From the NCBI RefSeq assembly GCF_001644705.1, contig NZ_CP015137.1:2010001-2042000 (forward strand): DNA of 32,000 nucleotides, given 5' to 3'. This DNA comes from Dickeya solani IPO 2222 (GTDB lineage Bacteria; Pseudomonadota; Gammaproteobacteria; Enterobacterales; Enterobacteriaceae). How positions within the stretch are numbered: position 1 is the first letter of the stretch; each line of letters begins with the position of its first letter. The position numbers and the translations under genes are program-made. A model generated the notes under the pieces. It saw nothing but the letters and a program-made list of their open reading frames with translations, had not been told where the DNA came from and made no database searches. Shown one piece after another: positions 1 through 9,461 of the stretch.

Positions 1-1230
1 GGCGCGTACATCGCCCACCCGGACAAAACGCGCATCTCCAAAAAGCTGGAAGGCGACCCGCCGCTGATGGACAGCATTACCGCAGGCAAACCCTATACCC
101 GGCAGCGTTTCAACAGCTTCACTAACGCCGAGATGATGAACGCCTACGTGCCTGTCACCATCGGCAATACCGGCACGCCGTGGATGCTGGGGGTGAGCGT
201 GCCGGAGCAGGTGGTGATGGCCGAATCGGTGCGGCTGCGTTACATCGGCGCCCTCATGACCCTGTTTAGCATTCTGGTGGTGTCCGGGGTGATCGGCCTG
301 ATCTTCACCCGTAAGGTGCTGCGCCCGGTGGGCGGCGAACCGGCCGACGCCGCGGCGATCGCGCTGGCGGTGGCGCAAGGCGACCTAACGCTCCACATCC
401 CGGTACAACCCAAGGATACCAGCAGCATTTTCTACGCGATGTCGGAAATGCAGCAGCAGCTGCGCACTATCGTGGAACAACTGATGAGCACCAGCGAATC
501 GGTCAGTCACGGCGCGGTGGAGATTTCAGCCGGCAACGTCGACCTGGCGTCCCGTACCGAACAGCAGGCGGCAGCGCTGGAAGAAACCGCCGCCAGCATG
601 GAACAGATCACCGCCACCGTGAAGCAGAACGCCGATAACGCGCACAGCGCCACCCGGCTGACGCAAAACGCGGCGCACATCGCCCAGCGCGGCGACGAGA
701 TCGTAAGCCAGGTGGTCACGGTAATGGGCAGCATTGATGAAAGTTCGAAGAAAATCAGCGAGATCACCAGCATCATCAGCAGCATCGCGTTCCAGACCAA
801 TATTCTGGCGCTCAACGCGGCGGTGGAAGCAGCCCGCGCCGGCGAGCAGGGTCGCGGTTTCGCCGTCGTGGCCGGCGAGGTGCGCAGTCTGGCTCAACGC
901 AGCGCCAGCGCGGTGAAAGACATCACCGCGCTGATTGGTGAATCCGCCGAACGGGTCAGTCATGGGGTCGGGATGGTGGAAAACGCCGGGAAAACCATGC
1001 GGGATATGCTGACCGCCGTTACCTCGGTCAACGACATCATGAGCGAGATTGTCGCCGCATCCGACGAGCAATCCCGCGGCATTAGTCAGGTGACGCAGGC
1101 GGTGCATGAAATGGACGGCGTCACCCAGCAAAACGCCGCGCTGGTGCAGCAAGCCACCGCCGCCGCCGCGTCACTGGAAGATCAGGCCCGGCAACTGGCG
1201 CAGCTGGTGCAGGTGTTCCGTATTCATTGA
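1..1230 (+). CDS. Methyl-accepting chemotaxis protein, C-terminal part (5' end lies off-window)
   Basis: Frame 1 is open from base 1: [15 protein letters not shown] precedes the first Met at 67. There is a TM helix ([21 protein letters not shown]) and a HAMP-like linker. The conserved MCP signalling core is present: [21 protein letters not shown] ... [39 protein letters not shown]. Confidence 0.95.
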   Translation, partial: GAYIAHPDKTRISKKLEGDPPLMDSITAGKPYTRQRFNSFTNAEMMNAYVPVTIGNTGTPWMLGVSVPEQVVMAESVRLRYIGALMTLFSILVVSGVIGLIFTRKVLRPVGGEPADAAAIALAVAQGDLTLHIPVQPKDTSSIFYAMSEMQQQLRTIVEQLMSTSESVSHGAVEISAGNVDLASRTEQQAAALEETAASMEQITATVKQNADNAHSATRLTQNAAHIAQRGDEIVSQVVTVMGSIDESSKKISEITSIISSIAFQTNILALNAAVEAARAGEQGRGFAVVAGEVRSLAQRSASAVKDITALIGESAERVSHGVGMVENAGKTMRDMLTAVTSVNDIMSEIVAASDEQSRGISQVTQAVHEMDGVTQQNAALVQQATAAAASLEDQARQLAQLVQVFRIH

Positions 1231-1253
1231 TAACGATAACGGGTCGTCATAAC

Positions 1254-1281
1254 GCAAAAGGCATAGCCGATGGCTATGCCT
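1254..1281 (-). terminator. Rho-independent terminator between the convergent MCP gene and uspA
   Basis: Perfect 10-bp stem aggcatagcc/ggctatgcct (1259-1268 with 1272-1281) and a 3-nt loop. On the minus strand it is followed by TTTTG. It sits 49 nt downstream of the uspA stop. Confidence 0.6.
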
Positions 1282-1329
1282 TGGTATCCGCCTAATCATC
1301 CGACCCATATCAGAGCCGCTTCAGGCGGC

Positions 1330-1764
1330 TTACTCCTCTTCTTCACGCAGCGGCACAATCAGCATGTCGATGTGGACGGTATTGATCAGCTGGCGCGCGG
1401 ACGACATCAGTTTGCTCCAGAAATCCTGATGATGACCGCACAACACCAGGTCGACATCATACTTGCGGATAGCGTCAACCAGCACCTGGCCCAAATCACC
1501 GCTGCCGCTCAGGGTTTCCGAGATCGGATAGCCGGCGTTGTCCGCCAGTTCCTTCAGGGCGTTCTGGGTTTCTTCGGAAATACGTTGCTGCATGTCGCCC
1601 AGGTTGACATCGATCAGCCCGGTGTAGAGATCGGAGTAATTCACATCAACATGGATCAAAGAGACTTTGGCATCATACGGCCGCGCCATGGAGACCGCTT
1701 TTTCCACTAACACCTTACTTTCCGGTGACAGGTCAACCGCGATAAGGATGTGTTTGTAAGCCAT
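1330..1764 (-). CDS. uspA: Universal stress protein A
   Basis: The 144-aa product [30 protein letters not shown]...[33 protein letters not shown] is nearly colinear and near-identical to E. coli UspA as I recall it. Confidence 0.97.
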   Translation of the reverse strand: MAYKHILIAVDLSPESKVLVEKAVSMARPYDAKVSLIHVDVNYSDLYTGLIDVNLGDMQQRISEETQNALKELADNAGYPISETLSGSGDLGQVLVDAIRKYDVDLVLCGHHQDFWSKLMSSARQLINTVHIDMLIVPLREEEE

Positions 1765-2340
1765 GATAAGCTCCTTCCGTAATGACTAACTGATGGGTCA
1801 GCAGATATTTCTCCTGCCAGTCTGATAACCGATGGCTGCGATGAGCATAACACCCCCCCGATTCAGGGTTATGTTCAACAGATCACAACGCCACATATTT
1901 TGTAACGGTTCTGCAGGTACTGGTAACCACTTGCCCTGAAGCGACCGTTCATCCACGCCGATACTATCTACAACGGTGAAACTATCTACAATGGTGACAC
2001 CTCTCGCCCGTACATAAAGTGTAGTTGAAAAGGACAGAGCCTACGGCGAAGAAAGCCGGTGTCAGATCAAAAGAAGTCGTGATGTTTTTTGCTTGCAGGA
2101 ACCTTTCGTCAGATATGGAAAAAAAACGCAAGGCTCTTCTACAATGAAATTGAGGGGGACCCTGTAGGCTCCTCTCCAGGCAAGGATACAGCGGTGAAGA
2201 AGAACACCCGGGCAACTCGCCATGGCCTGGCAGCCCCATAACATCGCGTGAATAACGTGTGGCATAAATATCCACAGATGTGATGTCGGCAGGACCCGAC
2301 ACATCAAAGCATCTGATGGGTCATAATCCGGGAGGGAAGC

Positions 2341-2679
2341 ATGATGATGAGTACATTTGCGCTTTTCTGGGCTTTATGTGTCGTCTGTGTCATCAATATG
2401 GCGCGATATTATTCTTCGTTACGAGTGCTGCTACTGATACTGAGAGACTGCGATCCGCTACTGTACCAGTATGTGGACGGAGGCGGCTTTTTCACCTCCC
2501 ACGGGCAGCCCAGTAAACAGTTGCGGTTGGTTCGCTACATCTACGCACAACGTTATCTTGATCATCACGACCCCGAGTTCATCCGTCGCTGCGCGCGGGT
2601 GCGCGGTCAGTTTCTGCTGACCTCCGCCTTGTGCGGGCTGATTGTGGTCAGTCTCATTGCCTTGATCATCTGGCACTGA
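2341..2679 (+). CDS. uspB: Universal stress protein B
   Basis: The 112-aa product contains [17 protein letters not shown]...[21 protein letters not shown]...[20 protein letters not shown], matching E. coli UspB. GGAGG at 2331-2335 lies 5 nt before the ATG. The gene is divergent from uspA as in E. coli. The start could be any of three consecutive ATGs (2341, 2344, 2347). Confidence 0.93.
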   Translation: MMMSTFALFWALCVVCVINMARYYSSLRVLLLILRDCDPLLYQYVDGGGFFTSHGQPSKQLRLVRYIYAQRYLDHHDPEFIRRCARVRGQFLLTSALCGLIVVSLIALIIWH

Positions 2680-2747
2680 GGCGCCACGGTAGCCCGGCGG
2701 CGGAAACCGGTCGTGTTTCCTTCAACCCCAACCCTATGCGCTAACAG

Positions 2748-2780
2748 CAGAAAGGCGGCCTGGTGGCCGCCTTTCTTATA
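2748..2780. terminator. Bidirectional rho-independent terminator between uspB and pitA
   Basis: Hairpin aaaggcggcc-tggt-ggccgccttt (2751-2774). A/T arms give a U-tract in either direction. It lies between convergent genes. Confidence 0.7.
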
Positions 2781-2814
2781 CTGGTACTCGCTACGGTTTT
2801 ATCACCGTGCCGAT

Positions 2815-4323
2815 TCAGATCAGCTTCAACGACAGCCAGTACAGTATGCCGGACAGCAGCATCGATACCGGCAGGGTAAACACCCAGGCCAGCAGAATAC
2901 TTTTCACGGTTTTCCCCTGCACGCCGCCGCCGTCCACAATCATGGTTCCGGCCACAGCGGACGAGAGTACGTGAGTCGTGGAAACCGGCATGCCGGTATA
3001 GCTGGCGATACCGATGGACATCGCCGCCGTCACCTGCGCCGAAACGCCTTGCGCATAAGTCATGCCTTTTCTGCCAATCTTCTCGCCGATGGTCACGGCC
3101 ACACGCTTCCAGCCCACCATAGTGCCGAGCGACAGCGCCAGCGCCACCGCAACGATAATCCACAGCGGCGCGTATTCCACCGTATACAGCAGGTCGCTAC
3201 GCAGGTTGTTGAGCAGGCGTTTGTCGTCAGACGACGTTTCCGGCAGCTTGACGACGCGATCCAGGGTATCGGCCATGCACATCAGCAAGCGACGAGCGCG
3301 GGCGCGGTCATCCGTAGCCAGTTCATCGTAGCTTTTGATGTTATTCAGCAATCCCTGCATGCGGTCGATGGCGATCATCGCCCGAGAGGTATCACAGTGA
3401 AAATCCGGTTTGTTGCCGGTGGACGGAATGACGTTTTCCGGCGCCGGAATCACCGGGGGCGACAGGTCGATCACCTGCGTCAGCGCCGCACTGTGAGACT
3501 GGTAGTACGTCTGCAGGTTCACCACCGCGTCGCGGGTGCGGCTGATATCGTAACCAGACGCATTCATGTTCAGCATAAATCCGGCCGGCGCCACGCCAAT
3601 CAGCACCAGCATGATCAGACCGATGCCTTTCTGTCCGTCGTTCGCGCCGTGGGAGAAGCTCACGCCCACCGCAGACAGGATCAGTGCGGTACGGGTCCAG
3701 AACGGCGGCTTGCGTTTACCGTCCTGTTTTTCGCGCTCGGCCGGCGTCAGATGAACGCGCTGACGCTTCTTATTATTGCTCCAGTAACGGCGCAGCAGGT
3801 ACACCATCAACCCGGCGATGATCATGCCGACAACCGGCGAAATCAGCAGCGACAGGAAAATACTGACCATTTTGGGAATATTGAGCGCATCCACCATCGA
3901 CGTATGGGTCACCAGCGCATTGGTCAGGCCGATACCGATGATAGAACCGATCAGCGTATGCGAACTGGAAGCCGGCAGCCCGAAATACCAGGTGCCCAGG
4001 TTCCAGATAATCGCCGCCAGCAGCATGGAAAACACCATCGCCAGACCGTGGGTAGAGCTAACGTTCAGCAGTAAATCGGTCGGCAGCAGGTGAACAATAG
4101 CGTACGCGACGCTCAGGCCGCCCAGCAATACCCCAAGAAAGTTGAAAACCCCGGCCATGACAACCGCCAGTTGGGCACGCATCGCACGGGTATAGATAAC
4201 AGTGGCTACCGCATTGGCGGTATCGTGAAAGCCGTTAATGGCTTCGTAGAACAGAACAAACAGCAGGGCGAGAACCAGCATCAGACCGGTGTGGAAATCA
4301 AGCCCGGCAAGTAAATGTAGCAT
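2815..4323 (-). CDS. pitA: Low-affinity inorganic phosphate transporter PitA
   Basis: The 502-aa product is colinear with E. coli PitA. Shared stretches: [14 protein letters not shown]...[25 protein letters not shown]...[11 protein letters not shown]...[14 protein letters not shown]. Confidence 0.96.
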   Translation of the reverse strand: MLHLLAGLDFHTGLMLVLALLFVLFYEAINGFHDTANAVATVIYTRAMRAQLAVVMAGVFNFLGVLLGGLSVAYAIVHLLPTDLLLNVSSTHGLAMVFSMLLAAIIWNLGTWYFGLPASSSHTLIGSIIGIGLTNALVTHTSMVDALNIPKMVSIFLSLLISPVVGMIIAGLMVYLLRRYWSNNKKRQRVHLTPAEREKQDGKRKPPFWTRTALILSAVGVSFSHGANDGQKGIGLIMLVLIGVAPAGFMLNMNASGYDISRTRDAVVNLQTYYQSHSAALTQVIDLSPPVIPAPENVIPSTGNKPDFHCDTSRAMIAIDRMQGLLNNIKSYDELATDDRARARRLLMCMADTLDRVVKLPETSSDDKRLLNNLRSDLLYTVEYAPLWIIVAVALALSLGTMVGWKRVAVTIGEKIGRKGMTYAQGVSAQVTAAMSIGIASYTGMPVSTTHVLSSAVAGTMIVDGGGVQGKTVKSILLAWVFTLPVSMLLSGILYWLSLKLI

Positions 4324-4615
4324 AAGTGTTAGGCCATGTAGTGGTCATGAACGCGGCGCATTATCGGCGACAAGCGGAAACGGGAAAAGCAAAATATGAC
4401 ATTATTTTGACTTAATTTACGCCATTCCTGCCGGTGACAAGGATTTAGTTAATTAAAATCAATATATTATTGTTCTCATCTATCCACACACTTTGTTACC
4501 GGCAAACGGCGCCCACTCCAGCGGCGGCACGGCATGGCACAAAGGGCAAGGCTCACCTGGGCGATGACCGGCGTCGGGACATCGCCTATAATCGGCCGCC
4601 CTGTGGGGCGATGAC

Positions 4616-5824
4616 ATGGCGGAACAACGGGAGAGTAATGTGGAACAGTTTGACGTAATCATCATTGGCGCGGGCGCGGCCGGGCTGTTCTGTGCGGCGC
4701 AGGCAGGCCAGAAAGGGCTGCGGGCGCTGCTGGTGGACAACGGCAAAAAACCGGGCCGCAAGATTCTGATGTCCGGCGGCGGGCGCTGCAATTTCACCAA
4801 TTTGCACGCCGAACCCGCGGCCTACCTGTCGAACAACCCGCACTTCTGCAAATCCGCCCTTGCCCGCTACACCCAATGGGATTTCATCGATCTGGTAAAC
4901 CGTCACGGCATCGCGTATCACGAAAAAACCCTCGGCCAGTTGTTCTGCGACGACTCCGCGCAGCAGATCGTCGATATGCTGATGAAAGAGTGCGAGGCCG
5001 GTAAGGTGACGCTGCGCCTGCGCAGCGAGGTGCTGTCGGTGGAAAAGAGCGAACAGTTCCAGGTGACGCTCAACACCGGGATGGTGCAGGCGCCGGCGGT
5101 GGTGATCGCCACCGGCGGGCTATCAATGCCGGGGCTGGGTGCCACCCCGTTCGGTTATCAACTGGCGGCGCAGTTTGGCCTCAACGTGTTGCCGACCCGC
5201 GCCGCGCTGGTGCCGTTTACCCTGCACAAGCCGCTGCTGGAACAGTTGCAGACGCTCTCCGGCGTGTCGGTTCCGGCAGTGGTCACGGCTGAAAACGGCA
5301 CCACCTTCCGCGAAAATATTCTGTTTACTCACCGCGGCCTGTCCGGCCCGGCGGTCCTGCAGCTGTCCAGCTACTGGCAGCCGGGGGAATTCGTCACCAT
5401 CAATCTGTTGCCCAACCTTGATCTGACCGAATGCCTTAACAACGAACGTCTGGCACACCCGAATCAAAGCCTGAAAAACACGCTGGCGCAGTGGTTGCCG
5501 AAACGGCTGGTGGAAAGCCTGCAAGCGCTGGGGCAATTACCGGACGTCACGCTGAAACAGCTCAACAAGCCGCAACAGGCCGAAGTGGAAGCCACGCTGC
5601 AACAGTGGCGGGTCCAGCCTAACGGCACCGAAGGCTACCGCACGGCGGAAGTGACGCTCGGCGGCGTTGATACCCGCGAGCTGTCGTCAAAAACGATGGA
5701 AGCCAACAACGTGCCGGGCCTGTATTTCATCGGCGAAGTGGTGGACGTCACCGGCTGGCTCGGCGGTTACAACTTCCAGTGGGCCTGGAGCTCCGCCTGG
5801 GCGTGCGCGCAGGCGCTGGGGTAA
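4616..5824 (+). CDS. yhiN: YhiN/BaiN-family (HI0933-like) FAD-dependent oxidoreductase
   Basis: Dinucleotide-binding motif FDVIIIGAGAAGLFCA. The stretch KILMSGGGRCNFTN ... YFIGEVVDVTGWLGGYNFQWAWSSAWACAQ is colinear with E. coli YhiN. It is adjacent to pitA, as in E. coli. Confidence 0.9.
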   Translation: MAEQRESNVEQFDVIIIGAGAAGLFCAAQAGQKGLRALLVDNGKKPGRKILMSGGGRCNFTNLHAEPAAYLSNNPHFCKSALARYTQWDFIDLVNRHGIAYHEKTLGQLFCDDSAQQIVDMLMKECEAGKVTLRLRSEVLSVEKSEQFQVTLNTGMVQAPAVVIATGGLSMPGLGATPFGYQLAAQFGLNVLPTRAALVPFTLHKPLLEQLQTLSGVSVPAVVTAENGTTFRENILFTHRGLSGPAVLQLSSYWQPGEFVTINLLPNLDLTECLNNERLAHPNQSLKNTLAQWLPKRLVESLQALGQLPDVTLKQLNKPQQAEVEATLQQWRVQPNGTEGYRTAEVTLGGVDTRELSSKTMEANNVPGLYFIGEVVDVTGWLGGYNFQWAWSSAWACAQALG

Positions 5825-5918
5825 GGCTTGATCCCCGCAATGAATCCCGGAAATGGATGTATCATTGCCAGAAGATTTGTACACTGCGCAGGCGACTCAA
5901 CGTTTACCTAAGGAACGG

Positions 5919-7382
5919 ATGATGAAAATAAAGCAATTCAGGTTGCACAACGTCGGGCGCTTTACCTCTCTTGATGCCCTCATCGCGCCAACGGCTGATT
6001 ATCCTTCCAATGTAACGGTGCTGGTCGGTAACAATGGCGCTGGGAAAACCTCCATTTTGCAGGCTCTGGCGACCTCTCTCAGTTGGCTGGTGGCGCGGGT
6101 ACGCAGTGAAAAAGGCAACGGCAGCGGCATTAGCGAAGACGCCATAACCAACGCGCATACTTCCGCCGCGATTGAGATCATGGCACAAGATACTCCTCCA
6201 TTCTCAGGTCATGCTGCTGACAACGACGCTGAATATCATTGGACGCTGGCAAAAACTCGCAGCGGCAAAAAAGGGCAGCACACCAGCCAGCTTAATGCCG
6301 TTTCCACACTGGCGGACCATTACCGTACCGAGTTAACGCAAAACGAACAAAGCAGCCTGCCGTTAATCGCCTTTTATCCGGTCGAACGCAGCGTGCTGGA
6401 TATTCCACTAAAAATAAGAAATAAACACCATTTTCAACAGATAGATGGGTATGACAACGCACTCAATCAAGGGGTGGATTTCCGGCGTTTTTTCGAATGG
6501 TTTCGTGAGCGGGAAGATATTGAAAACGAAAATGATGGAGTCGTACTAACAAATCTATTTGAAAGTGACCCTGAAGGTACTCTGAAGGTTTTTGAAGATA
6601 TCGAAAATGCCAACTATCGCGTAGATAAATTGAAAGAATTTGACTTTACAGGGCTATCAGAAGAATTAAAAAAGCTCACTAACACCATGAAATTCATGCA
6701 GGATATTCGGGATAAGGCCAAAGATCCTCAACTCAACGCGGTACGCTCAGCCATTACCGCTTTTATGCCGGGCTTTTCTAATTTAAAAGTACGCCGCAAA
6801 CCCCGCCTGCATATGTCCATCAATAAAGAGGGAAGGCCGCTTAACGTGCTGCAACTGTCGCAGGGCGAAAAATCGCTGATGGCGTTGGTAGGCGATATTG
6901 CGCGTCGTCTGGCGATTATGAATCCGACGCTGGACAACCCGCTGCACGGGCAAGGCATTGTGCTGATCGATGAAGTGGATATGCACCTGCATCCGTCGTG
7001 GCAGCGCAGCATTATCGAACGGCTGACTACCACCTTCCCCAACTGCCAGTTTATTCTAACCACCCACTCGCCGCTGGTGATCAGTGATTACAAGGACGTG
7101 TTGGTGTATTCACTGGATAACGGTGAATTGACCGTGGTGCCATCCCAATACGGTCAGGATGCCAATAGCGTGTTGCTGGAGGTGATGGATACCCATATCC
7201 GTAACGCGCGAATCGCGGAAAAATTTGGTGACCTGCTGGACATGATCCAGCGCCAGCAATTAACGCCAGCCAAAGCGTTATTGGATGAACTGACCGCTGA
7301 GTTGCCCGCCACCAATCTGGAACTGACCAAAACCCGCCTATTACTGCGCAAACAGGAGTTACGCGGTGAGAAAAATCACTAA
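5919..7382 (+). CDS. ptuA: ABC/AAA15-21-type ATPase, PtuA-like (Septu ATPase component)
   Basis: Walker A is VGNNGAGKTS. The ABC signature-like motif is LSQGEKSLMALVGDIARRL. Walker B/D-loop is VLIDEVDMHLHP and the H-loop is LTTHSPLV. A charged helical insertion separates the two half-sites. AAGGA at 5910-5914 precedes ATG 5919/5922, giving MKIKQFRLHNVGRF, a typical N-terminus for this fold. The ORF-track start at 5853 is possible but has no clear RBS. Confidence 0.7.
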   Translation: MMKIKQFRLHNVGRFTSLDALIAPTADYPSNVTVLVGNNGAGKTSILQALATSLSWLVARVRSEKGNGSGISEDAITNAHTSAAIEIMAQDTPPFSGHAADNDAEYHWTLAKTRSGKKGQHTSQLNAVSTLADHYRTELTQNEQSSLPLIAFYPVERSVLDIPLKIRNKHHFQQIDGYDNALNQGVDFRRFFEWFREREDIENENDGVVLTNLFESDPEGTLKVFEDIENANYRVDKLKEFDFTGLSEELKKLTNTMKFMQDIRDKAKDPQLNAVRSAITAFMPGFSNLKVRRKPRLHMSINKEGRPLNVLQLSQGEKSLMALVGDIARRLAIMNPTLDNPLHGQGIVLIDEVDMHLHPSWQRSIIERLTTTFPNCQFILTTHSPLVISDYKDVLVYSLDNGELTVVPSQYGQDANSVLLEVMDTHIRNARIAEKFGDLLDMIQRQQLTPAKALLDELTAELPATNLELTKTRLLLRKQELRGEKNH

Positions 7383-7998
7383 AGGTACGGAACCTGCCAG
7401 CCTGACAGCCTGGAAACGCGCCAATCCCACAGGCCGGTACGACGATTTGACAGAAACCGAGCGGCAGGACATCCGTGATGCCTGCGCCAAAGAGCAGTTT
7501 TACCTGTGTGCCTACTGCTGCAAACCTATCAGCGGTGATAACAGCGACACCATGAACGAGCACGTGCAGGCACGAAAACTGGCGCCTCACCGTAGCCTCG
7601 ATTTCACCAATATTGTCGCCAGTTGCACCACGCCAAACCAGTGCGATGCCGCCCACGGTTCACAACCGTTTTCGCTTACCCCGCTGATAACGGCATGTGA
7701 AACGGAATTGCAATTTATGATTAGCGGACGCGTCAGCGGCACGACAGCACGCGCGCAGGATGCCATCCGGGTGCTTAACCTTGGCGACAATGAAACCCAT
7801 AACAAAAAGCTGATTGAGATACGTAAACAGTTTCTCGATAGCCTGTTATGGACTAACGGTATCGATCCTGACGAAGGGTTGGAAGACGACGATCTGCTAA
7901 CAGCCGTCATTAACGATTTCAGTTCCCCGCAAAACGGCAGGCTGGCGCCTTACGCACCGGTGCTGGTCAACATCCTGAGAGGATGGCTGTCGGCATAA
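7366..7998 (+). CDS. ptuB: Small HNH-type nuclease, TIGR02646-like, PtuB-like (Septu nuclease component)
   Basis: GTG start at 7366, preceded by AGGAG (7354-7358) with a 7-nt spacer. It overlaps the upstream ATPase stop (7380-7382) by 17 nt. The Cys/His-rich core is FYLCAYCCKPISGDNSDTMNEHVQARKLAPHRSLDFTNIVASC..QCDAAHG, followed by AIRVLNLGDN....L.E.R, which matches my memory of the TIGR02646 family. Confidence 0.65.
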   Translation: MRKITKGTEPASLTAWKRANPTGRYDDLTETERQDIRDACAKEQFYLCAYCCKPISGDNSDTMNEHVQARKLAPHRSLDFTNIVASCTTPNQCDAAHGSQPFSLTPLITACETELQFMISGRVSGTTARAQDAIRVLNLGDNETHNKKLIEIRKQFLDSLLWTNGIDPDEGLEDDDLLTAVINDFSSPQNGRLAPYAPVLVNILRGWLSA

Positions 7999-8034
7999 AA
8001 AATCCACAACCATTTCCCCCATTACTCTTCTCTA

Positions 8035-8061
8035 AAAACAACAAAGCCGCCCGAAGGCGGC
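8035..8061 (-). terminator. Rho-independent terminator of bhsA-like gene 1 (also follows ptuB)
   Basis: The minus strand reads GCCGCC-TTCG-GGCGGC followed by TTTGTTGTTTT. The stem is at 8046-8051 with 8056-8061. Confidence 0.8.
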
Positions 8062-8120
8062 CATTGCGTACGTGATACTGGTGTTAGCGAATATCGGCGT
8101 TATTTTTTATATTGATGGGA

Positions 8121-8372
8121 TTAGTTGTACAGTTCAGCCACGCCGTGCATCTGGTTTTCGCCGGAGGTAGCGGAGATGATGCGGAACGATTTGGCGCCGG
8201 CGGCACCCGCTTTTTCAGACAGGCTGGCCTGCAGACCGTCCAGCGTAGCGGCAGTCGCGCTGACGGTGCCGGCGGACAGGCTGGCGGATTGCTGTACTTC
8301 TGTCGCCGCGAAAGTGCCGAAAGAAACGGTAGCCAGGGCGATAACTGCAACAATATTTTTGATAGCGTTCAT
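8121..8372 (-). CDS. YdgH/BhsA/McbA-family (DUF1471) small secreted stress protein, paralogue 1
   Basis: MNAIKNIVAVIALATVSFGTFAA signal peptide. The C-terminal GAKSFRIISATSGENQMHGVAELYN resembles E. coli BhsA (GAKSFRITSVTG..LHGTAVIYK). I take the ATG at 8372 with AAGGA upstream. The track start at 8378 is a TTG. Confidence 0.85.
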   Translation of the reverse strand: MNAIKNIVAVIALATVSFGTFAATEVQQSASLSAGTVSATAATLDGLQASLSEKAGAAGAKSFRIISATSGENQMHGVAELYN

Positions 8373-8532
8373 GGTCAATATCCTTCACGTTGAATTCGGT
8401 TGGTTTTCTTTTTTGAAAGCGTCTTCGCTTTCGATGGAAGTGATAATAGACCTGTTAACCCGACGTTAAAACCGGGTTTATTTGCAGATATCTTTCAAAA
8501 AAAATGAATAAAAAATAACCATAAATCGACTA

Positions 8533-8558
8533 TCACCCGCAGACCTCGCCGCGGGTGA
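8533..8558 (-). terminator. Candidate terminator of the ABC/EEP operon
   Basis: 8-bp stem tcacccgc/gcgggtga with a 10-nt loop, 13 nt downstream of the EEP stop. On the minus strand a T-rich stretch follows after 8 nt. The geometry is not ideal. Confidence 0.4.
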
Positions 8559-8570
8559 CAGACGTGTCGG

Positions 8571-9434
8571 TTATTGCAATTCGACCCACAGCGGGTGGTG
8601 ATCGGAGCCCTGATTCTCGGTATCCGCCCAGCAACGGCGCACCGTCAGCCCCAACGATGGCGTCAACAGGCAGTGATCGATACGGCCGCCGACATTCGGA
8701 TGGGTAGAACCGCTGTTCTCCGCCTGACCGGCGGCGACCCAGGCGTCCATCAGCCCACGGTGGCGAACCAACCGGCCGTGATGCGGCGACACCGGCCCAA
8801 CCAGACGGCTGTACTCCTCGCTGTCCGGCAGGCAGTTCAAGTCCCCCATCAGGATCATCTCCAGCGGCATCAGCGGCATCCGGCCTTCGGTCCAGCCCGC
8901 GCTCGGGTCGGGATGTCCGCCGCACCAGGCACCGCCTTCATCCGGGGCGCGGGCGAAAAGCGCCAGCATCGCCTCCACCTGCGGCAAGCGGGTGTCAGCG
9001 CACAGATGACTGAGATGGGTGTTATAGACGCGGATCGCCCCGACATCGGTGTCGATCACCGTTTCCAGCACGCCTTGCTGAATAGAGTGCTGGGTCAGGG
9101 TGCCGAATTTCGGCAGCGGAAAATTGCGGCTGGAGAGAATCGGCCAGCGGGACAGCGTCAGGGTACCAAACTGGCGACGACGATTGACGACCCGGCCATC
9201 CGCCGCCACGGTGCTGGCGTCCATGTCCAGATTAGCGCCGTAGACCCAGTGGTACTCGCCCAGCAGCGCCGCCAGCTCCGCCGGTTGATCCATCATGCCG
9301 GAGCGTTGCCAGAAGCATTCCACTTCCTGCATACAGATGATATCCGCACCGCGCACTTCATCGGCGATGCGAGCCAGATCGTAGCGGCCATCGCGGCCAA
9401 GACCGTATTGAATGTTGTAGCTGACAATATGCAT
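8571..9434 (-). CDS. Endonuclease/exonuclease/phosphatase (EEP) family hydrolase
   Basis: N-terminal IVSYNIQYG and ICMQEV, and C-terminal GSDHHPLWVEL, are the hallmark EEP catalytic motifs. It is the last gene of the ABC operon. Confidence 0.85.
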   Translation of the reverse strand: MHIVSYNIQYGLGRDGRYDLARIADEVRGADIICMQEVECFWQRSGMMDQPAELAALLGEYHWVYGANLDMDASTVAADGRVVNRRRQFGTLTLSRWPILSSRNFPLPKFGTLTQHSIQQGVLETVIDTDVGAIRVYNTHLSHLCADTRLPQVEAMLALFARAPDEGGAWCGGHPDPSAGWTEGRMPLMPLEMILMGDLNCLPDSEEYSRLVGPVSPHHGRLVRHRGLMDAWVAAGQAENSGSTHPNVGGRIDHCLLTPSLGLTVRRCWADTENQGSDHHPLWVELQ

Positions 9435-9461
9435 GAGGCAACCTATTGGTAGTGGTGGATA

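Larger units (their letters stand above)
8035..8510. repeat. Direct repeat copy A (~476 bp: terminator + bhsA-like gene + leader/promoter)
   Basis: Alignable by eye to 15158-15635. The terminator is identical. The coding part is roughly nine-tenths identical and differs by a 21-nt indel. The first ~85 nt upstream of the ATG are identical. Confidence 0.9.

Noticed and set aside
1982-2307. Two overlapping minus-strand ORFs (106 and 81 aa) in the uspA-uspB spacer, and the 78-aa plus-strand ORF at 2280-2516
   Set aside because: They have no RBS, their Cys/Pro/Arg-rich products have no recognisable features, and 2280-2516 overlaps uspB out of frame. The region is better explained as promoter and leader DNA.
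2713-4074. 453-aa ORF on the plus strand opposite pitA (plus smaller ORFs at 3062-3331, 3566-3754, 3818-4093 and 4090-4314)
   Set aside because: It is antisense to a confidently identified, highly conserved pitA gene. The product is an Arg/His/Gln-rich low-complexity string typical of mirror-frame ORFs in GC-rich DNA. It has no RBS.
5853-5918. The upstream ATG at 5853 as the start of the ATPase gene
   Set aside because: It adds 22 residues (MDVSLPEDLYTAQATQRLPKER) with only a weak GGAA upstream. ATG 5919/5922 follows AAGGA and gives the N-terminus typical of this ATPase fold. It is kept as an alternative rather than excluded.
5825-8120. A retron (RT plus msr/msd) associated with the ATPase/HNH pair
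   Set aside because: There is no reverse-transcriptase ORF. Only 94 bp lie upstream and about 120 bp downstream, and neither flank has the long inverted repeats expected for msr/msd. The downstream hairpin is an ordinary terminator.
8574-9452. 292-aa plus-strand ORF opposite the EEP gene, and similar antisense ORFs at 526-1152, 12587-13243, 13325-13936, 24378-25076, 26718-27515, 27950-28684 and 30749-31801
   Set aside because: Each overlaps a motif-supported gene on the other strand almost end to end, and each has a low-complexity R/H/G/Q-rich composition.
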